A stretch of DNA of 12,294 nt, from the NCBI GenBank assembly GCA_032249135.1, contig JAVVGL010000039.1, positions 1 to 12,294 on the forward strand, given 5' to 3'. The DNA comes from Candidatus Calescibacterium sp. (lineage in GTDB: Bacteria; Calescibacteriota; Calescibacteriia; Calescibacteriales; Calescibacteriaceae). The notes below the pieces were generated by a model that was given only the letters and a program-made list of their open reading frames with translations, had not been told where the DNA came from and did not search any database. The translations under genes were made by a program, and so were the position numbers. Of this stretch, positions 9,475 through 12,294 are shown piece after piece; within the stretch, counting starts at the first letter, position 1, and each line of letters begins with the position of its first letter.

Positions 9475-10206
9475 ATGAAAAACGAAAGAGAAAATAAAAA
9501 AGAAAGAGAAAATAAAATGAAAAAAATCAGAAAAAAATTCCCATACTCATTTCCCAAGTTTTTAACTTTTCTTGTTTTAGTAAGTCTGAGCTTCATATTA
9601 CAGTTCTCATTACAGTTTTCAATTTTCCTATCAAAAGCGTTGGCAGAAGAAATAAAAAATCAAGAGGAAGAAGAATGGAGAAAAAACCTTATAATCTCAA
9701 ATATACTTCAAGCTCCTTTTGGAATACTTGGTTTAGAGTATCATAGAGGATTATCAAGGAACATATCAATAGGTGGAAGCTTTACATATATTTCTCTTGA
9801 ATTTTTCAGAGGTTTCAGAGTTGGTCCAGATTTAGGATTATTTCCCTTCGGAAAAGCACCAGAAGGTTTTAATCTGCTTTTGTCTCCCGGGTTCCTTTCA
9901 GGAGATGTTGGAATTGAAAAAGAATTCACTCTTTTGATAATAAAAATCAAAGCGGAAGCAGAAATTGGTACTTTGAAAGGTATAAGTTTTCCGGTACTTT
10001 TAAGATACAACTGGATATTTGGTAAAAGTGGATTGGGCTTTGCACTGTCGGCAGGTGCAGGACTTCATTTTCTTGCTCTTACATTTGAAAGACCTATCGG
10101 AGAAATTAAAGTTTTAGGGATAATAAAAATTTCAGGAAAGGCAAAAGTTCCAATTCCCTTACCACCTTTACCAATTTTCAATTTGAGTTTGGGTTTAGGG
10201 TTTTAA
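9475..10206 (+). CDS. Putative outer-membrane beta-barrel protein (DUF3575-like); start may be ATG at 9517
   Basis: Signal peptide ending ALA|EE, amphipathic Gly/aromatic beta-strands (LGLEYHRG, FALSAGAGLHF), and C-terminal FNLSLGLGF with a terminal Phe typical of BAM substrates. It starts 5 bp after the upstream gene. Confidence 0.7.
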   Translation: MKNERENKKERENKMKKIRKKFPYSFPKFLTFLVLVSLSFILQFSLQFSIFLSKALAEEIKNQEEEEWRKNLIISNILQAPFGILGLEYHRGLSRNISIGGSFTYISLEFFRGFRVGPDLGLFPFGKAPEGFNLLLSPGFLSGDVGIEKEFTLLIIKIKAEAEIGTLKGISFPVLLRYNWIFGKSGLGFALSAGAGLHFLALTFERPIGEIKVLGIIKISGKAKVPIPLPPLPIFNLSLGLGF

Positions 10207-10386
10207 GTTTGTTAATTGCTTAAAATTTCCCTCTTTTAAAATCAACTTCAGGTTACAATCAATATGCCCACCGAAAAATCTTCTGATTTGATCATATGCT
10301 TCAAAGAGATACTGAATAAAGAAATCATGAGATGAAAGGAATCTTTTTATTTCATCTGGATTATGAAAGGAATATATCGCTTCCAA
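10195..10386 (-). pseudogene. Small hypothetical protein, probably a truncated remnant
   Basis: LEAIYSFHNPDEIKRFLSSHDFFIQYLFEAYDQIRRFFG looks like genuine helical protein sequence and resembles, from memory only, the N-terminus of a longer uncharacterised family. The frame extends upstream to ~10450 without an ATG, and the 3' end overlaps the convergent gene. Confidence 0.45.
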
Positions 10387-10425
10387 TTGGCTAGTTTCAC
10401 TTATTTTTCTGATAGATACAGGATT

Positions 10426-10460
10426 TTCATTTATTGGTTCATTTATTGTTCATTTATTGG
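10426..10460. repeat. 12-bp tandem repeat x3 (middle copy 11 bp)
   Basis: ttcatttattgg / ttcatttattg / ttcatttattgg. Confidence 0.85.
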
Positions 10461-10517
10461 TGGATTTTTTTATTTCTTTATTTTTCATTATTTCATTATT
10501 ATTTTTAGCTTTTATTT

Positions 10518-12152
10518 TCATATCACTATTGGCTCCTTGAACTCTCCATATACTTTTTTCAAAGCTTTTGTTGTTTCTCCAATGGTTGCTCCATTTTCAA
10601 GTGCTTCAATCAAATAAGGCATGACATTTTCTCCTTTTTCTGCTGCTCGTGAAATATTGTCAAGTAGCTTTTGAATTTTTCTCATATCTCTTTTAGATTT
10701 GAATTCTTGAAGCTTTTTTGCTTTTTCTACTGCCTCACGAGGTCTGAATATCTCAAACTTGTGTTCCGATGCACCATCTTCTTCCCTAAATATATTAACT
10801 CCGATTATTTTTTTCTTTCCTTGCTCAATAAGAACTTGCTGTTTATAAGCTTCTGAAAGTATGATTGATTGAATAAATCCATCTTTTATCGCCTTCACCA
10901 TACCTCCGTAGTCTTGAACTCTTTTCATTTCTGCCCTTATTTTCTCTTCCATCTCATCTGTGAGTTTTTCTATAAAGAATGATCCTCCGAGTGGATCTGC
11001 TACTTCTGGTATATCGGTCTCAAAAGCTAATATCTGCTGAATTCTCAAAGCTATTTTTGCGGAGTGTTCTGTTGGTATTGAGTAAGCTTCATCATAAGCT
11101 TCTGTGAATATAGATTGTCCACCCCCTAAAACTGTTGCAAGAGCCCCTAATGTGACTCGTGCTATGTTAAGCAAAGGTTCAGCTCGTGTTAGTGATGCTC
11201 CCCCGCATGCGACTGCAAATTTCATCGCCATATTCTTTTCATCTTTTACTCCGAGCTCCCTTGTGATGTGAGCCCATAGCCTCCTTGCAGCTCTATATTT
11301 TGCTACCTCTTCAAAAAGATTGTGATATGTGCAGAAGAAGAACGTGACTCTTTTTATAAATGAATCGGGATCAAGACCTCGGGATAGAACTTCATTTACA
11401 TAGACTTTTGCGTTCTCAAATGCAAATGCTACCTCCTGATAAGCTGTTGCTCCTGCTTCCCTTATGTGATACCCACAAACTGATATCGGATTAAATTTTG
11501 GAACATACTTTGTGCAGAATTCAATAACATCACAAGCAAGTTTTACAGAAGGCTCTACCGGATATATCCATGTGCCACGAGCTATTATTTCTTTTAGTAT
11601 ATCGTTCTGCAATGTTCCCGTAAGTTTCTCAAAAGGTATTCCTCTCTTTTTTGCAACTATAAGATAAAGAGCCATAATCTGTGGAGCAGTTCCATTTATT
11701 GTAAATGAAACGGAAATTTTGTCTATCGGGATACCATCAAAAATCTCCATCATATCTTCTACTGTATCCACTGCAACTCCGACTTTTCCAACCTCTGGTA
11801 ATGCAACTTCTTCGTCTGAATCATAGCCCATCTGTGTTGGAAGATCAAAAGCCACTGAAAGCCCAGTATTCCCCTGTTTCAGGAGAAATTTAAATCTTTC
11901 ATTTGTTTCTTTTGCCGTTCCAAATCCTGCATATTGTCTCATTGTCCAAAGCTTATCTTTATACATAGTTCTGTATGGCCCCCTCGTGAAAGGAAACTCT
12001 CCTGGATCTCCGAGTTTTTCTTTATAATACCGATTTATATCTCCCAAATCATCCGGCGTATAAAAAATTTTGTAGTTATATAGTTTGTAGTCTGAATTTG
12101 AATCGTTCCATCCGTTCTGTGTTTCTTTTTCTTTTGAATTCTCTTTTCGCAT
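10518..12152 (-). CDS. Methylmalonyl-CoA mutase family (AdoCbl-dependent acyl-CoA mutase) large, substrate-binding subunit
   Basis: Hallmark motifs PGEFPFTRG, WTMRQYAGFG, GLSVAFDLPTQMGYDSD, GTLQNDILKE, GYHIREAGA, DPLGGS and IIGVN. No DxHxxG cobalamin-binding domain, so this is a split enzyme. Confidence 0.95.
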   Translation of the reverse strand: MRKENSKEKETQNGWNDSNSDYKLYNYKIFYTPDDLGDINRYYKEKLGDPGEFPFTRGPYRTMYKDKLWTMRQYAGFGTAKETNERFKFLLKQGNTGLSVAFDLPTQMGYDSDEEVALPEVGKVGVAVDTVEDMMEIFDGIPIDKISVSFTINGTAPQIMALYLIVAKKRGIPFEKLTGTLQNDILKEIIARGTWIYPVEPSVKLACDVIEFCTKYVPKFNPISVCGYHIREAGATAYQEVAFAFENAKVYVNEVLSRGLDPDSFIKRVTFFFCTYHNLFEEVAKYRAARRLWAHITRELGVKDEKNMAMKFAVACGGASLTRAEPLLNIARVTLGALATVLGGGQSIFTEAYDEAYSIPTEHSAKIALRIQQILAFETDIPEVADPLGGSFFIEKLTDEMEEKIRAEMKRVQDYGGMVKAIKDGFIQSIILSEAYKQQVLIEQGKKKIIGVNIFREEDGASEHKFEIFRPREAVEKAKKLQEFKSKRDMRKIQKLLDNISRAAEKGENVMPYLIEALENGATIGETTKALKKVYGEFKEPIVI

Positions 12153-12277
12153 ATCACAGAGATTTTATTATTTTCTTCGCTCAAAATTGCAATTTCTATA
12201 AAAATCAAGTTTTCGGAAGAAAATTTTCAAAAAATTGACAAAAAAAAAAATTAAAATTTTAAGAGTAAATATAAAAA

Positions 12278-12285
12278 AAGGAGTG
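12278..12285 (+). promoter_or_regulatory. Probable Shine-Dalgarno site for a divergent gene starting at or after the window edge
   Basis: AAGGAGTG followed by aaagaaaat at the window end. A TTGACA lies at 12235-12240. Confidence 0.35.
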
Positions 12286-12294
12286 AAAGAAAAT

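Noticed and set aside
9741-11893. Short ORFs 9741-10010(-), 10363-10617(+), 10671-10856(+), 11705-11893(+)
   Set aside because: They are antisense to well-supported genes or are low-complexity Phe/Ile-rich translations of T-rich DNA.
12235-12270. Phase-variable sigma70 promoter (TTGACA followed by a poly-A run)
   Set aside because: There is no good -10 hexamer at 16-18 bp spacing (TAAAAT is only 11 bp away), and A-runs are common in this AT-rich intergenic DNA.

Overview
This AT-rich, probably diderm bacterial window is dominated on the minus strand by a polymorphic toxin locus. It holds a very large Rhs/YD-repeat protein (stop at 1556) ending in a Het-C/VWA7-like Zn-hydrolase domain (motif LHTLQDFFSHSN), a candidate beta-propeller immunity gene directly downstream, and the start of an orphan toxin tip. 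The orphan shares an exact 44-bp repeat with the toxin's catalytic motif. The Rhs frame runs ~120 codons upstream of the ORF-track start and includes a lipoprotein-type signal peptide. Its nearest upstream ATG (8592) is one base out of frame across a G8 tract, which is either phase variation or a homopolymer error. The toxin also carries a ~365-aa lectin-like insert in the Rhs core and a ~107-aa Cys-patterned beta-hairpin inside the toxin domain. The right part encodes a hendecad coiled-coil membrane-anchored protein, an outer-membrane beta-barrel, a small gene remnant and a methylmalonyl-CoA-mutase-family large subunit with divergent active-site motifs.
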